Assembly: GCA_002269645.1 (NCBI GenBank)
Contig: NIVC01000103.1
Span: forward strand, 679,393 to 743,392
Direction of reading: 5' to 3'
Source: Macrostomum lignano
Taxonomy: Eukaryota
Length of the DNA stretch: 64,000 bases
The notes beneath the pieces were generated by a model. The model did no database searches, was not told the origin of the DNA, and saw nothing but the letters and a program-made list of their open reading frames with translations. The translations under genes were made by a program, and so were the position numbers. Of this stretch, positions 12,731 to 25,870 are shown in pieces (position 1 is the first letter of the stretch; each line of letters begins with the position of its first letter).

Positions 12731-13520
12731 TCATGGCGCTTCCCTTATTGGCGAGTCTGTCTGTCACTAACCATAGCCGTTTCTTATCCCTGCCATGCAC
12801 TGATAACAAAACACTTCTAAAAACTGCTTGGCCACCAAAATTCTTCCAACTCGAAATGGATCTATACACAACCAACAGACCAATCAATGGTCGAATCTCC
12901 ATCCTTTATTGACCTCGCCCGCCTGAAATCAGGACCAGCTGATGAAAGCGCTGCTGCCGGTCTTATTGAAGCATCTGGAAGTAACGATTCCATCATCGAA
13001 GTTCGAGCAGAAAGTTCCACTTCCCCTCCATACCCTCCGCTCTCCCCACTTGCTAAGGGCAGCGTCGGCAGCGGTCGAGGGAATTCGTAGCCACCAGTTT
13101 GATTAATTTTTTTCTCTTCCGAGCTGACTGGGAGAGTCAGTGGCGGGGCGGCCCTAAGCATTGGCTGCGGCTGCGAGGGTGTCGGGAAGCCGCCTTGTTT
13201 GCTCTGCAGCCTGCCGTCCTGATCAATTATCATGGGCCGCCGGCCGCCTCCGCTCCTCCAACCGACTTTCCGAGCTCTGCGAGTGTTGGTGCCCAGCCGG
13301 GGCAGGCCAGGCACCGAAAAATGCAAAACAGCTGCCACCGACTCCACTGAGCACGAGCTGCATGCGCACTCATCACTCAGACTCCGGGGATATATGGCTG
13401 CTGATGATGGCGCTTTGGCGAAGAAATTCCCCTGGGATCTGGCTGGCTATTGAGGCGGCTGGATATTGTCAACATTTGCTGCTATGCTCTGAGGCCTAGA
13501 GTTCCTGTAGTATACTGCAG

Positions 13521-14036
<516 letters not shown>

Positions 14037-14439
14037 TTCTTGAGCTCCTGAACCAACGTTCTCACTGTGAGGTTACGCAACCACTTTCACATTGAGTGCC
14101 CTGAGCTGCCAAATGCCCCATAGCCCACTCTCAAGTCTCAATTCTCAGAGCGCATCTGCTCCGCTGCTCAAGTGGCGCACGCAACTCGTAAAACCCCATC
14201 GATAGCCTCCTGCTCCGCCACTTAAAGGATTTCGCGGCTTCCCATTGCTGCCCAGTTGGAGATCGGGGGGGGGCGCAGTTTAGATGCGTCAGCGAGATTA
14301 GTTTTCCCATTCAATAATCTGCGGGACTGCGACAATCTTGAGAAGTAGCTAAACGATTGAAAATGAATTGTCTGGATTATCTGATGGTTATTTCCTCTAG
14401 TTGGTAAATAAAGGAATAAGTCGGCCGGTTTAGGGAGCA

Positions 14440-15730
14440 AGAGAAGTAGGTCATGAGGAAGAGAAGTTGGATCAGGGTTGGAGAGAAGTAGATCATAGAA
14501 AGAGAGAAGTAGATCATGGAATGAGAGAAGCAGATCATGGAAAGAGAGTGGATCATGGAAAGAGAGAAGTGGGTCATGGAAAGAGAGAAGTAGATCATGG
14601 AAAGAGAGAATAGATCATGGAAAGAGAGAAGTAGATCAGGGAAAGAGAGAAGTAGATCAGGGAAAGAGAGAAGTAGATCAGGGAAAGAGAGAAGTAGATC
14701 AGGGAAAGAGAGAAGTAGATCAGGGAAAGAGAGAAGTATATCAGGGAAAGAGAGAAGTATATCAGGTAGATAGAGAAGTAGGTCGTGGAAAGAGAGAAGT
14801 ATATCATGGAAATAGAGAAGTAGATCAGGGAAAGAGAGAAGTAAATCAGGGAAAGAGAGAAGTATATCAGGTAGATAGAGAAGTAGGTCGTGGAAAGAGA
14901 GAAGTAGATAATGGAAAGAGAGAAGTAGATCAGGGAAAGAGAGAAGTAAATCAGGGAAAGAGAGAAGTATATCAGGGAAAGAGAGAAGTATATCAGGGAA
15001 AGAGAGAAGTATATCAGGGAAAGAGAGAAGTATATCAGGTAGATAGAGAAGTAGGTCGTGGAAAGAGAGAAGTATATCATGGAAATAGAGAAGTATATCA
15101 GGGAAAGAGAGAAGTATATCAGGGAAAGAGAGAAGTATATCAGGGAAAGAGAGAAGTATATCAGGGAAAGAGAGAAGTAGATCAGGGAAAGAGAGAAGTA
15201 AATCAGGGAAAGAGAGAAGTATATCAGGGAAAGAGAGAAGTATATCAGGGAAAGAGAGAAGTATATCAGGTAGATAGAGAAGTAGGTCGTGGAAAGAGAG
15301 AAGTATATCATGGAAATAGAGAAGTATATCAGGGAAAGAGAGAAGTATATCAGGGAAAGAGAGAAGTATATCAGGGAAAGAGAGAAGTATATCATGGAAA
15401 TAGAGAAGTAGATCATGGAAAGAGAGAATAGATCATGGAAAGAGAGAAGTAGATCAGGGAAAAAGAGAAGTAGATCAGGGAAAGAGAGAAGTAGATCAGG
15501 GAAAGAGAGAAGTAGATCAGGGAAAGAGAGAAGTATATCAGGGAAAGAGAGAAGTATATCAGGGAAAGAGAGAAGTAGGTCGTGGAAAGAGAGAAGTAGA
15601 TAATGGAAAGAGAGAAGTAGATCAGGGAAAGAGAGAAGTAAATCAGGGAAAGAGAGAAGTAAATCAGGGAAAGAGAGAAGTATATCATGGAAATAGAGAA
15701 GTAGATCAGGGAGGTAGAAAAGTAGACCAT
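14440..15730. repeat. 21-bp purine-rich minisatellite (GAAAGAGAGAAGTAKATCAGG)
   Basis: Tandem copies; source of the LIYFSLS ORFs. Confidence 0.95.
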
Positions 15731-16659
15731 TGAAGGAGAATGATAGAGTTACTGCTGCCTGCTGTACGCCAATAAATAAAATGCATGTTTTTTACTGTAC
15801 ATGTCAGGTGCCCGGAGGCAGTACAAGTGTCCCTGCACTTAATCAAGAATCGCATGCTGCTTGTCGCTTTCCAAAACTGCCCGCTTTTTGTTGGTGCCGC
15901 AGTTTTTTTTATTTTACTACATTGGCTTTTTCCCACGCGCCTAAACTCCAAAGTATGCGCGTATTTTGATTGTAGCAGCAGCCATTCTTCTTTCTTGGCA
16001 GCTGGAGCCAGACGCTTGCCCCCAGGGTTGCAGAAATCGTGGGTGCGCCCTGGTGTCTGTCACACCAGTAGTTGCAGAGGCAAGCCAGGAAGTCAGTCAG
16101 TCCACTTCGGTATTCTCCGAACTTCGCGCACAAACACACACAAACACACTAATTGGGGTCTCTTCAGCCTTGACTAAATTGCATTTTGCTTTCACAAATT
16201 CGGCGATAAAGTTTCCTTTCTTCGAAAAAGAATTCTGTCTATCATTCAATCTTCGAGCTGTCTTTCAATTCAGGCCGGCAAGTGTCCACTGCAGTGTCCA
16301 CTGCGCAACAATATAAGACTAGACTTGATTAAACAAATACTCGTAGTTAGGTCTCGTATGTCAGTCAAATTCTTACACTTCTGTTTTCAAATAGGCGCGC
16401 AGTTCTTTCTTCTCTTAGTAATTTAAACAAACCATTAAGTCGCGAAGTTGTGCGAATTCAATTCTTCGTTGGAGTGTGTAAGCAAAATGATGCTTTGATT
16501 CATTCATTACTTACCGGGGAGTGTATTTAATTAAGAACATTCTCTTAAAGGTTGTAAAGTACTCGTAGATTAGTTCAGCTTGATTTTTTTAATTTTTAAG
16601 AAATTAATAAGAGTAGAGCTTCTAGCAGTTTGGTATTACAGTGAGTGTACATTTTTGGG

Positions 16660-17165
16660 AAGAATAAGTGTATACATATAGGGGCAGAGAGAGTGTACAT
16701 AGAGGGGCAGAGAGAGTGTACATATAGGGGCAGAGAGCGTGTACATATAGGGGCAGAGAGAGTGTACATATAGGGGCAGAGAGAGTGTACACAGAGGGGC
16801 AGAGAGAGTGTACATAGAGGGGCAGAGAGTGTACAGAGGGGCAGAGAGCGTGTACATAGAGGGGCAGAGAGAGTGTACAGAGGGGCAGAGAGAGTGTACA
16901 TAGAGGGGCAGAGAGAGTGTACAGAGGGGCAGAGAGAGTGTACAGAGGGGCAGAGAGAGTGTACAGAGGGGCAGAGAGAGTGTACATAGAGGGGCAGAGA
17001 GCGTGTACATAGAGGGGCAGAGAGAGTGTACAGAGGGGCAGAGGGAGTGTACATATAGGGGCAGAGAGAGTGTACAGAGGGGCAGAGGGAATGTACATAG
17101 AGGGGCAGAGGGAGTGTACATATAAGGGTAGAATGAGTGTACATATAGGGGCAGAAAGAATGTAC
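16660..17165. repeat. 21-23-bp minisatellite (GAGGGGCAGAGAGAGTGTACATA)
   Basis: Tandem copies. Confidence 0.93.
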
Positions 17166-18444
17166 ATTAGGCTAAAAGCGAGTGTACGTCGAGGTACTGA
17201 GAGGCCTATTTATAAGTAAAATAGAAAGGCCTCAACAGATTGGACGTAGTTTGAAAAAGTCAGGGTAGCAATATTTATTTACTAGTATTTCGACCTTATC
17301 TACCTACCTGACACTTAAAGAGCAACTCAGAAACGGCAAAAATGACTGTTTAACGAAATTTTGTAAGACGAAAAACTGTTCAAAGCAATTTTAGCTCGAA
17401 TTAAATTCAAATATATTTGTAATTAACGAATTGTTTTGACTGAAGCGGCAGCGGCCTACGCATGTGTACAGCAATACACTAGACAGATGGACCTATTTAT
17501 GGACAATATAGTTTAGTTAGAACTAAGTAAATTTATTATACACAAATACAAGATTAGTAGTCACTGATGCTACAATAAACACACTTAGTGGGCAAGTGCA
17601 GCGCTATGACGGACGATTAATTCAGTAGTTAGTTAATTCTCGTGATTATAGGCAAGTATTAGACTTAAAGAATCGAACAGAAGAATGGCTAAGGAAAATC
17701 TAAAGCCAGTAGTGCAATAAAAAAGTACATATTAATATGTACAAAGACATCTGCACAAAACCTCAGGGCAAGGCGGTGAAAAAAAGAGTGAAAGATGATA
17801 CTTAACGGACAATTAGTTGACAGGTTGACATTGTTAGTAAATAACAATTCGTGAGAGTCTTAAAAACTGACTGAAGAAGGAAAATAAGTTGCTAAAAAAA
17901 TAAAAACAATTATATAATTTTGTGTTTATCAATATGTACAGAGTACAGTTGTTCTATCCTCATATTGACTTTGAGATTCCAGCTATAGGCAGCAATCAGC
18001 ATCTGCGAACATCTGCGACCGAAATTATAATAATTTCCATTAACTAATCAATGGAAAAGTAGTGACTAACAAATGCAAACACTGGCACAGTGATAGGCGG
18101 GGGGGGCGACGTGATATTGGATTTGTTATACTCGTGAACACGCTCTGCTTTAAAGCCGATGAAGTGTTGAAAAAAATAACTTTTTTAAAGGTACTTTGAG
18201 CACCCCAAATAATTAATCAGTAAATATTCGAAAGAGGCCTTTGGCGAAATCATCCTTATCGTCAGGCAAGTACTGCATGTACTTTCTCAGCTCAGTGGGA
18301 GTGTTGGCCCTCACAAGGTGTGAATCTCACAACAACCCTTGGACAAATTTTTAGTGAGCAAGCCCCAAATAAATTCGGTAATAATTATGTGTTTCCAGGA
18401 AACCGATCACCCTTCAGTGGCCTATAGAGTCCTAGAGTTCCATT

Positions 18445-19137
18445 TCAAACTCGATTATACAGCCGCCTGCCGCTGTAGTCTACAAATTCGAAATCGGCAG
18501 TGCAGTTGTTGAGATGAGTCATCTTTGGACTCATCGGTTGTTGCTGCTGTTGCAGCTGCATACTCTCGATTCTGGGTACATCGTACTCGTGTGACGGCGG
18601 CCGGTGGGTCAGGTACTGGGTCGGCTGTTGCTGCAGCTGCTGGGAGCCGCTGGTGTAGTTGTACCCGCTGTATGGGTGTGCAGCGTAGGTTGCCCAGCGC
18701 TTCTTGTCTCGCTTCGAGTACCACCTGGTGAACTGGCAGACCAGCACAAACACCAGGGCTGTTGCTAGGAAAGTGCCAATGACAGCTACAATCATCTCTA
18801 CCAGGGTGAACTGCTTCCTAGAGAAGTAGTCGTTGCCAGAATTGTCAGGGGCTGCGCTGTCAGAGGCCGAGGCTACGACATCGCCAGGCCGGGGCTGAGG
18901 CAGCGAATGCAAAGGTGGTCCACCGTTTGAGGGCGTCCTGCCAGCTAGAACGGCGGTGGGTTGCTGCTCATCCGGCTGATGAGGCGGTCGTGGCAGCGGC
19001 GGCCAATGCAGGGAAAGCGTAAAATTTGACTGCCTGCCATCGTCTGTGGCTGTAGTCAGCAAGTACTTGTACTGTGGCTGCGGCTGCTGCTGCATGACGC
19101 TGCGTTTGAAGGTGCTCACAAATGCGGCACCAGTTCC
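18445..19137 (-). CDS. LRR receptor coding exon 3: end of Ig-like domain, Pro-rich stalk, TM helix, cytoplasmic tail
   Basis: Acceptor caacag|GGA at 19137, in frame with ORF 18445..19224. Hydrophobic helix followed by RWYSKRDKKR stop-transfer. Confidence 0.82.
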   Translation of the reverse strand, partial: GTGAAFVSTFKRSVMQQQPQPQYKYLLTTATDDGRQSNFTLSLHWPPLPRPPHQPDEQQPTAVLAGRTPSNGGPPLHSLPQPRPGDVVASASDSAAPDNSGNDYFSRKQFTLVEMIVAVIGTFLATALVFVLVCQFTRWYSKRDKKRWATYAAHPYSGYNYTSGSQQLQQQPTQYLTHRPPSHEYDVPRIESMQLQQQQQPMSPKMTHLNNCTADFEFVDYSGRRLYNRV

Positions 19138-21047
19138 CTGTTGATAGAGACGGTGGGGGTGGCATGGTAGGGGGATGGGCTCACTCAATAAAGAGTTTGA
19201 GAAGTGACTCATGATGCTCATCAAACATCTGAGAGTTTGAGAAGTGACTCATGATGCTCATCAAACACCTGAGAGTTTGAGAAGTGACTCATGATGCTCA
19301 TCAAACATCTGAGAGTTTGAGAAGTGACTCATGATGCTCATCTAACATCTGAGAGTTTGAGAAGTGACTCATGATGCTCATCAAACAGTTGAGAGTGAGA
19401 AGTGACTCATGATGCTCATCAAACAGTTGAGAGTTTGAGAAGTGACTCATGATGCTCATCAAACATCTGAGAGTTCGAGAAGTGACTCATGATGCTCATC
19501 AAACAGGCGAGAGCTTGAAAAGTGTCTCATGTTACTCATCTAACAGGTGAGAGAGTTTGAGAAGTGACTCATGATGCTCATCAAACAGTTCAAGTAATGG
19601 CTCATCAAATAAAGAATAATCTATCCGTCTCTTCTTACCTGATAGGTGGCCCCATCCTTAAATTCTGGGTAGCCAGCAATCTGACGGTAGGTCCAGACCA
19701 GCCTCTCTGGCTGATCGGAGTCAGCCTTGCAGGCCAGGCGGCCCGACACGGGGCCCAGCTGTAGGTCGATAGACACAAGCCGGGGCGGGTCGCACGGCAG
19801 GTCTGTGGGGCTCAGGGAGCTCAGCTCGGCGTTGAGCAGTCGCTGCGGCGTTGCGCATCGAGGCAGCTGGTCTCTGGGTGACGCCTGCAGTTATTATAAG
19901 GTGTTTTATTGGTATCTAACGGAATGTACTCGGTTAAGAGATAGCACAGAGAGCACATAGTTGAAAATAGATTATAATGTACATAGTTTAAAAACAGAGT
20001 AGAATGTACGTAGTCTAAAAATAGAGCAGAATGTACGTATTCTAAAAATAGATCAGAATGTACGTAGCCTAAAAATAGACCAGAATGTACATAATCTAAA
20101 AATAGTGAAAATGTACGTATTCTAAAAATAGATCAGAATGTACGTAGCCTAAAAATAGAACAGAATGTACATAGTCTAAAAATAGGGAAAATGTACGTAT
20201 TCTAAAAATAGAACAGAATATAAAAAACCCTACCCCAGTGTACACTGTCTTATCTCACCTTGCTAAGCGGCGGAGAGACCCGATTCCAGTCGACATTGCG
20301 CAGCCACCGATTCTGACACGTGCATGCCAGCGGATTATCGTCTAGATAGAAGACTCTTAGCTGATTAATTAAGTCTCTCGCCTCTACTGGCACAGTCTGA
20401 ATGCTGTTATGCGACAGGGTGAGCTCGCGCAGGCCGGCGATCGCATTTAGGCTGTCTAACGGAAACTCGGACAGACCACAGCGGGACAGCAACAGCCGAT
20501 CGAGTTGAAGGCCCCGAAACATGTCGGCAGTGAGCTGCAAGCGCCGGTTCTCGCCGAACCGAAGCGCCGTCAGCGATTTGCCGTTGAGAAAGGCTGGCGG
20601 CAAGCGTTGCAGCTGATTGTCGCTGAGGTCGAGCTCACGAAGCTGTCTGAGACTGCTCAGAGCTCCGTCATCGATTGCGATCAAGTCGCAGCTTAGCACC
20701 GACAGGCGCGTGAGGTTCGCAAAGTGCTCCAATAAGCGGCTGGTCAATCGTTGAGATTTTAGCACTCGAGCGTTTTTACAATTGACGTAGAGCTCGCTGT
20801 AGGAGGCCGGGTTGCGTCCTAATCGTCTGAGCAGGCTGCTCGAAGGCACGTAGTCAGTCAGCTCGATGTTGTTGACAATCTCCGACTTGGCGGAGTCGAA
20901 GTCGCACGACACGGTTGGCCTGTCGCACATGCAATATCCGCAGCGGCTCAGCTGATGCCCGGGTTGGGCCATAGACAGCAGCAGAGCCAGGAGCACGCAG
21001 AGAGAGAGCGGCGGTGCGGCTCCTGGCTGAATGCCGAGGGCGAACAT
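18445..21047 (-). CDS. LRR-Ig-like single-pass transmembrane receptor (LIG/Kekkon-like architecture), 3 coding exons, ~575 aa
   Basis: Exons 21047-20259, 19884-19639 and 19137-18445 join in phase 0 with GT-AG. The product has a signal peptide, LRRNT (CGYCMC), ~6 LRRs, LRRCT (NPLACTC...CATPQRL...DLPC), an Ig-like segment, a TM helix (IVAVIGTFLATALVFVLVC) and a Tyr-rich tail. Confidence 0.85.
19192..19590. repeat. 40-bp minisatellite in LRR-gene intron (GAGAGTTTGAGAAGTGACTCATGATGCTCATCAAACATCT)
   Basis: About 10 copies, filling most of intron 19138-19638. Confidence 0.94.
19639..19884 (-). CDS. LRR receptor coding exon 2: end of LRRCT and first half of Ig-like domain (absent from ORF track)
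   Basis: ctgcag|GCG...CAG|gtaaga, 246 bp. Translates ASPRDQLPRCATPQRLLNAELSSLSPTDLPCDPPRLV...RLACKADSDQPERLVWTYR...ATYQ. Confidence 0.85.
19960..20222. repeat. 27-bp minisatellite in LRR-gene intron (AAAAATAGAKCAGAATGTACGTAKYCT)
   Basis: About 9-10 degenerate copies. Confidence 0.88.
20259..21047 (-). CDS. LRR receptor coding exon 1: signal peptide, LRRNT, LRRs, start of LRRCT
   Basis: ctaac...ccgcag|ATG at 21047. LxxLxLxxN repeats (LRELDLSDNQL, LRELTLSHNSI, LRVFYLDDNPLACTC). Donor AAG|gtgaga at 20259. Confidence 0.9.
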
Positions 21048-21117
21048 CTGCGGCGGAGAGCGGTTAGAAAGTGGCAAATTAGGGATTGTTTTTGGGTGAT
21101 GCATGGCGGGATTCTGT

Positions 21118-22435
21118 GGGCAGATTGGGGGCGGTTCTAGGGGCGTATTTGGGGCGGTTCTATGGGGCGGATTGGGGGCGGTTCTAAGGGTGGATTGGGG
21201 GGAATGGGGGCGGTTCTAGGGGCGGATTGGGGGCGGTTCTAGGGGTGGATTGGGGGCGGTTCTAGGGGCGTATTTGGGGCGGTTCTATGGGGCGGATTGG
21301 GGGCGGTTCTAAGGGTGGATTGGGGGAATGGGGGCGGTTCTAGGGGCGGATTGGGGGCGGTTCTAGGGGTGGATTGGGGGCGGTTCTAGGGGCGGATTGG
21401 GGGCGGTTCTAGGGGCGGCTTGGAGGCGGTTCTAGGGGTGGATTGGGGGCGGGTCTAGGGGCGGATTGGGGGCGGTTCTAGGGGCGGATTGGGGGCGGTT
21501 CTAGGGGCGGATTGGGGCGGGTCTAGGGGCGGATTGGGGGCGGTTCTAGGGCGGATTGGGGGCGGTTCTAGGGGCGGATTGGGGGGCGGATTGGAGGCGG
21601 TTCAAGCGGCGGATTGGGGGCAGATTTAGAGGCGATTCTATGGGCGGATTGGGGGCGATTTTAGGGGCGGGATTTGGGGCGACTCTAGGGGCGGATTGAG
21701 GGCAGTTCTAGGGGCGGATTGAGGGCAGTTCTAGGGGCGGATTGGGGGCAGTTCTAGGGGCGGATTGGGGGCGGTTCTAGGGGTGGATTGGGGGGAATGG
21801 GGGCGGTTCTAGGGGCGGATTGGGGGCGGTTCTAGGGGTGGATTGGGGGCGGTTCTAGGGGCGGATTGGGGGCGGTTCTAGGGGCGGCTTGGGGGCGGTT
21901 CTAGGGGTGGATTGGGGGCGGTTCTATGGGCGGATTGGGGGCGGTTCTAGGGGCGGATTGGGGGCGGTTCTAGGGGCGGATTGGGGGCGGATTGGAGGCG
22001 GTTCAAGCGGCGGATTGGGGGCAGATTTAGAGGCGATTCTATGGGCGGATTGGGGGCGATTTTAGGGGCGGGATTTGGGGCGACTCTAGGGGCGGGATTT
22101 GGGGCGATTCTATGGGCGGATTGGGGGCAGTTCTAGGGGCGGATTGAGGGCAGTTCTAGGGGCGGATTGGGGGCAGTTCTAGGGGCGGATTGGAGCAGTT
22201 CTAGGGGCGGATTGAGGGCAGTTCTAGGGCGGATTGGGGGCAGTTCTAGGGGCGGATTGAGGGCAGATCTAGGGGCGGATTGGGGGGTGGGGGTTCTAGG
22301 GGCGGATTGGGGGTGGGGGTTCTAGGGGCGGATTGGGGGCAGTTCTAGGGGCGGATTGGGGGTGGGGGTTCTAGGGGCGGATTCGGGGCAGTTCTAGGGG
22401 CGGATTGAGGGCAGTTCTAGGGGCGGATTGAGGGT
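21118..22435. repeat. 23-24-bp G-rich minisatellite (GGGGCGGTTCTAGGGGCGGATTG)
   Basis: 1.3-kb array directly upstream of the LRR start exon. Confidence 0.95.
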
Positions 22436-23309
22436 GATTTCTGTTTTTATGGCGGTAACTAAAATAAATTTTGGATTATTTAGTTATCTTTGTGAATTTG
22501 AACTAGAATTTGCGAATTAAATCAATATAAAACTTTACTAGATACAGAGCCGCAAAACTGCAGCTTTACATTTATGCCTCACTGCAGTGGCAGCAGTGAC
22601 AGCGACCTAAAAATGGGTCTAAATTGTCAAACATTCGCACACAATATGCTAATACACTCTGCATAGACTAAACAAAACAGGAAACGTTTATGATAATTGA
22701 TAGAGTCATTAATTAGCTGCACGAAATTAGTATTGGCAAAAAGTTAATTTTCCACTCTCGGAAAGCAAGCCCAATTATGGAAACACAGAGCCTGAAAAGT
22801 GGAGTCTATATAGCTACTCACATTGAGTTGAGTCACTTAGGGGCGGCACGCATGCATGCTAGTTATTTATTGACCTCTCTCTCTATCCAACAGTTTGACC
22901 CCAGAAGCAGCAGAAGCAAGAGGGGAGCCCCCCAGGTCCCATAAGGTCGGCCTTGCGCTCACAATATTCCCTCCATAGGTTTAGAGAATTTCGTGACGAA
23001 ATTAAAAAAGTAATATACTCAATCTTATATATAGAAATGGGAAGTGGCGGAGTATCCCAAGTGTGATTCCTTTGCGGTATTTTGGCATTGAGGGTCGTAG
23101 CGCACACGCAAGGACACTTGTAATTAACTTTTTTCTGCTTTTACATTCTCAATTACAAGTAAGTGCGCGCAAATGCATTATTAACTAGATATATATATAT
23201 ATATATATCTCTAGACTCAGTAGTTAATTCTGCGCGGGTGTCAACAATTTTTTTTTTTTTAATTACACACAGACTTAGCTGAGGGCAGATCACCAATTTG
23301 GGTCAGTTC

Positions 23310-24210
23310 TCCAGTCTCTATCCTTGAGAAATCTAATCTATAATTGGATATACTATCTCTATCCTTCAGAGATAAATCTAGTATATCACTGGATATCCTA
23401 TCTCTCTCCTCGAGAAATCTAATCTATCGCTGGATATCCTATCTCTATCCTTGAAAAATAAAATCTATCATCGGATATCAAATCTCTATCCTTGAGAAAT
23501 CTAATCTATCATTGGATAGCCTATCTCTATCCTTGAGAAATCTAATCTATCGCTGGATAGCCTATCTCTATCCTTGAGAAACATAATCTATCATTGGATA
23601 TCCTATCTCTATCCTTGAGAGAGAAATCTAATCTATCACTGGATATCCTATCTCTATCCTTGAGAGAGAAATCTAATCTATCACTGGATATCCTATCTCT
23701 ATCCTTGAGAGAGAAATCTAATCTATCACTGGATATCCTATCTCTATCCTTGAGAGAGAAATCTAATCTATCACTGGATATCCTATCTCTATCCTTGAGA
23801 GAGAAATCTAATCTATCACTGGATATCCTATCTCTATCCTTGAGAGAGAAATCTAATCTATCACTGGATATCCTATCTCTATCCTAGAGAGAGAAATCTA
23901 ATCTATCACTGGATATCCTATCTCTATCCTTGAGAAATCTAATCTATCATTTGATATCTTATCTCTATCCTTGAGAAATCAAATCTATCATCGGATATCC
24001 AATCTCTATCTTTTAGAAATCTAATCTATCATTGGATATCCTATCTCTATCCTTGAGAGAGACATCTAATCTATCACTGGATCCAGTGATTATTCTATCT
24101 CTCTCCTAGATATCCTATCCTAGATATCCTATGCTAGACATCCTATTTCTATCTTTGAGAAATATATTCCATCGCTGGATATGTAATCTTTCTTGGATAT
24201 CTGATCTCTA
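23310..24210. repeat. 43-45-bp minisatellite (CTATCTCTATCCTTGAGAGAGAAATCTAATCTATCACTGGATATC)
   Basis: Homogeneous core at 23594-23930 with degenerate edges. Confidence 0.93.
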
Positions 24211-25079
24211 TACTTAGAATCTATTCTTTATCCTTGGATTCTACTTTCTCCTCATCACTCCTCTACTTTCATATCTCTTCTTCTTACATACCTCTCTTTC
24301 TCCCCTCAACTCTGTCGTTCATTCTCTCCCCTCTCCCACAACATTTATTCTTCTCCTTTCTAAAACCCACACCAGGCAGGCAGGCAGCATATTTTACAGC
24401 TCTTTATCTGGCATATTTGGGATCATAGATTCATAGGCATGGCCCTGTTTGGGACAGGATTGAAGGAGCAACAGAGAGACAGGTAGTTAAGAGAATCAGA
24501 AGCTGCACAAATTGAAAAGTTTGTCAGTGATAAGAGTTGGCAAGCCTGACTGCAATCGCCTATAGAATACACTATACTGTACAATTGTACAAAGGTAATA
24601 AAAGTTTCACAGTGCTGCATCACATCACATCGCATCCATGTACACTACACACAGATAGCATGTCTTTCTGAACTTTCTGACTATGTTGTGCAGCTCACTG
24701 TTTAACACGCGGTTTGCAGGGCAAGAAGATAAATGCTGAAGGATGATCAACATTTTACTGCACCGTATAATGAGTGCCATCAATGCCCTAGCAACCCATT
24801 TCTAATCTGTTGTGTATATGGTCATCACACCTTTCAAACTTGACAAACACAAGTTTAAAGCATCGATGCCAATTTCGGCGATTCCATCAGTTATAAAGTT
24901 TGAAATTTGACAAACTTCAGTATAAGAGAGACTAGAAGCGACACCTGTTGTAAACATCTGCGATGAATCTAGTTAATACAATCAACTGCAGCTAGTGAGA
25001 TTTGGTTTCGCTTTGATCTGCATCCTGCGTGTCTCTACATATTATATCTATAGACTAACATCTATAGATGCGTCAATAA

Positions 25080-25870
25080 CAAACTAGACCATGTCTATTA
25101 GATGTGGCGTTAACAGACTAGAACAGATCTATAGACATTTCATTCAGACTAGAACAGACCTATAGACATGTTATTTTGACTAGACCAGATCTATAGATGT
25201 GTCATTTACAATCTAGACCAGATCTATAGATGTGTCGTTAACAAACTATAGACCAGATCTATAGACGTGTCGTTAACAAACTAGACCAGGTCTATAGATG
25301 TGTCATTAACAAACTAGACCAGATCTATAGATGTGTCGTTAACAAACGAGACCAGATCTATAGATGCGCCGTTAACAAACTAGACCAGGTCTATAGATGT
25401 GTCATTAACAAACTAGACCAGATCTATAGATGTGTCGTTAACAAACGAGACCAGATCTATAGATGCGCCGTTAACAAACTAGACCAGGTCTATAGATGTG
25501 TCGTTAACAAACGAGACCAGATCTATAGATGTGCCGTTAACAAACTAGACCAGGTCTATAGACGTGTCGTTAACAAACTAGACCAGATCTATAGATGTGT
25601 CGTTAACAAACTAAACCAGATCTATAGATGTGTCGTTAACAAACTAGACCAGGTCTATAGATGTGTCGTTAACAAACTAGACCAGATCTATAGATGCATA
25701 CATGCTCAACCTCCAAAATTTGGTAGATGTGTCGTTAACAAACGAGACCAGATCTATAGATGTGCCGTTAACAAACTAGACCAGATCTATAGATGTGCCG
25801 TTAACAAACTAGACCAGATCTATAGATGTGCCGTTAACAAACTAGACCAGGTCTATAGACGTGTCGTCTA
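25080..25870. repeat. 33-bp minisatellite (CTAGACCAGATCTATAGATGTGTCGTTAACAAA)
   Basis: Tandem copies with internal palindromes atctatagat and gttaac. Confidence 0.93.
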
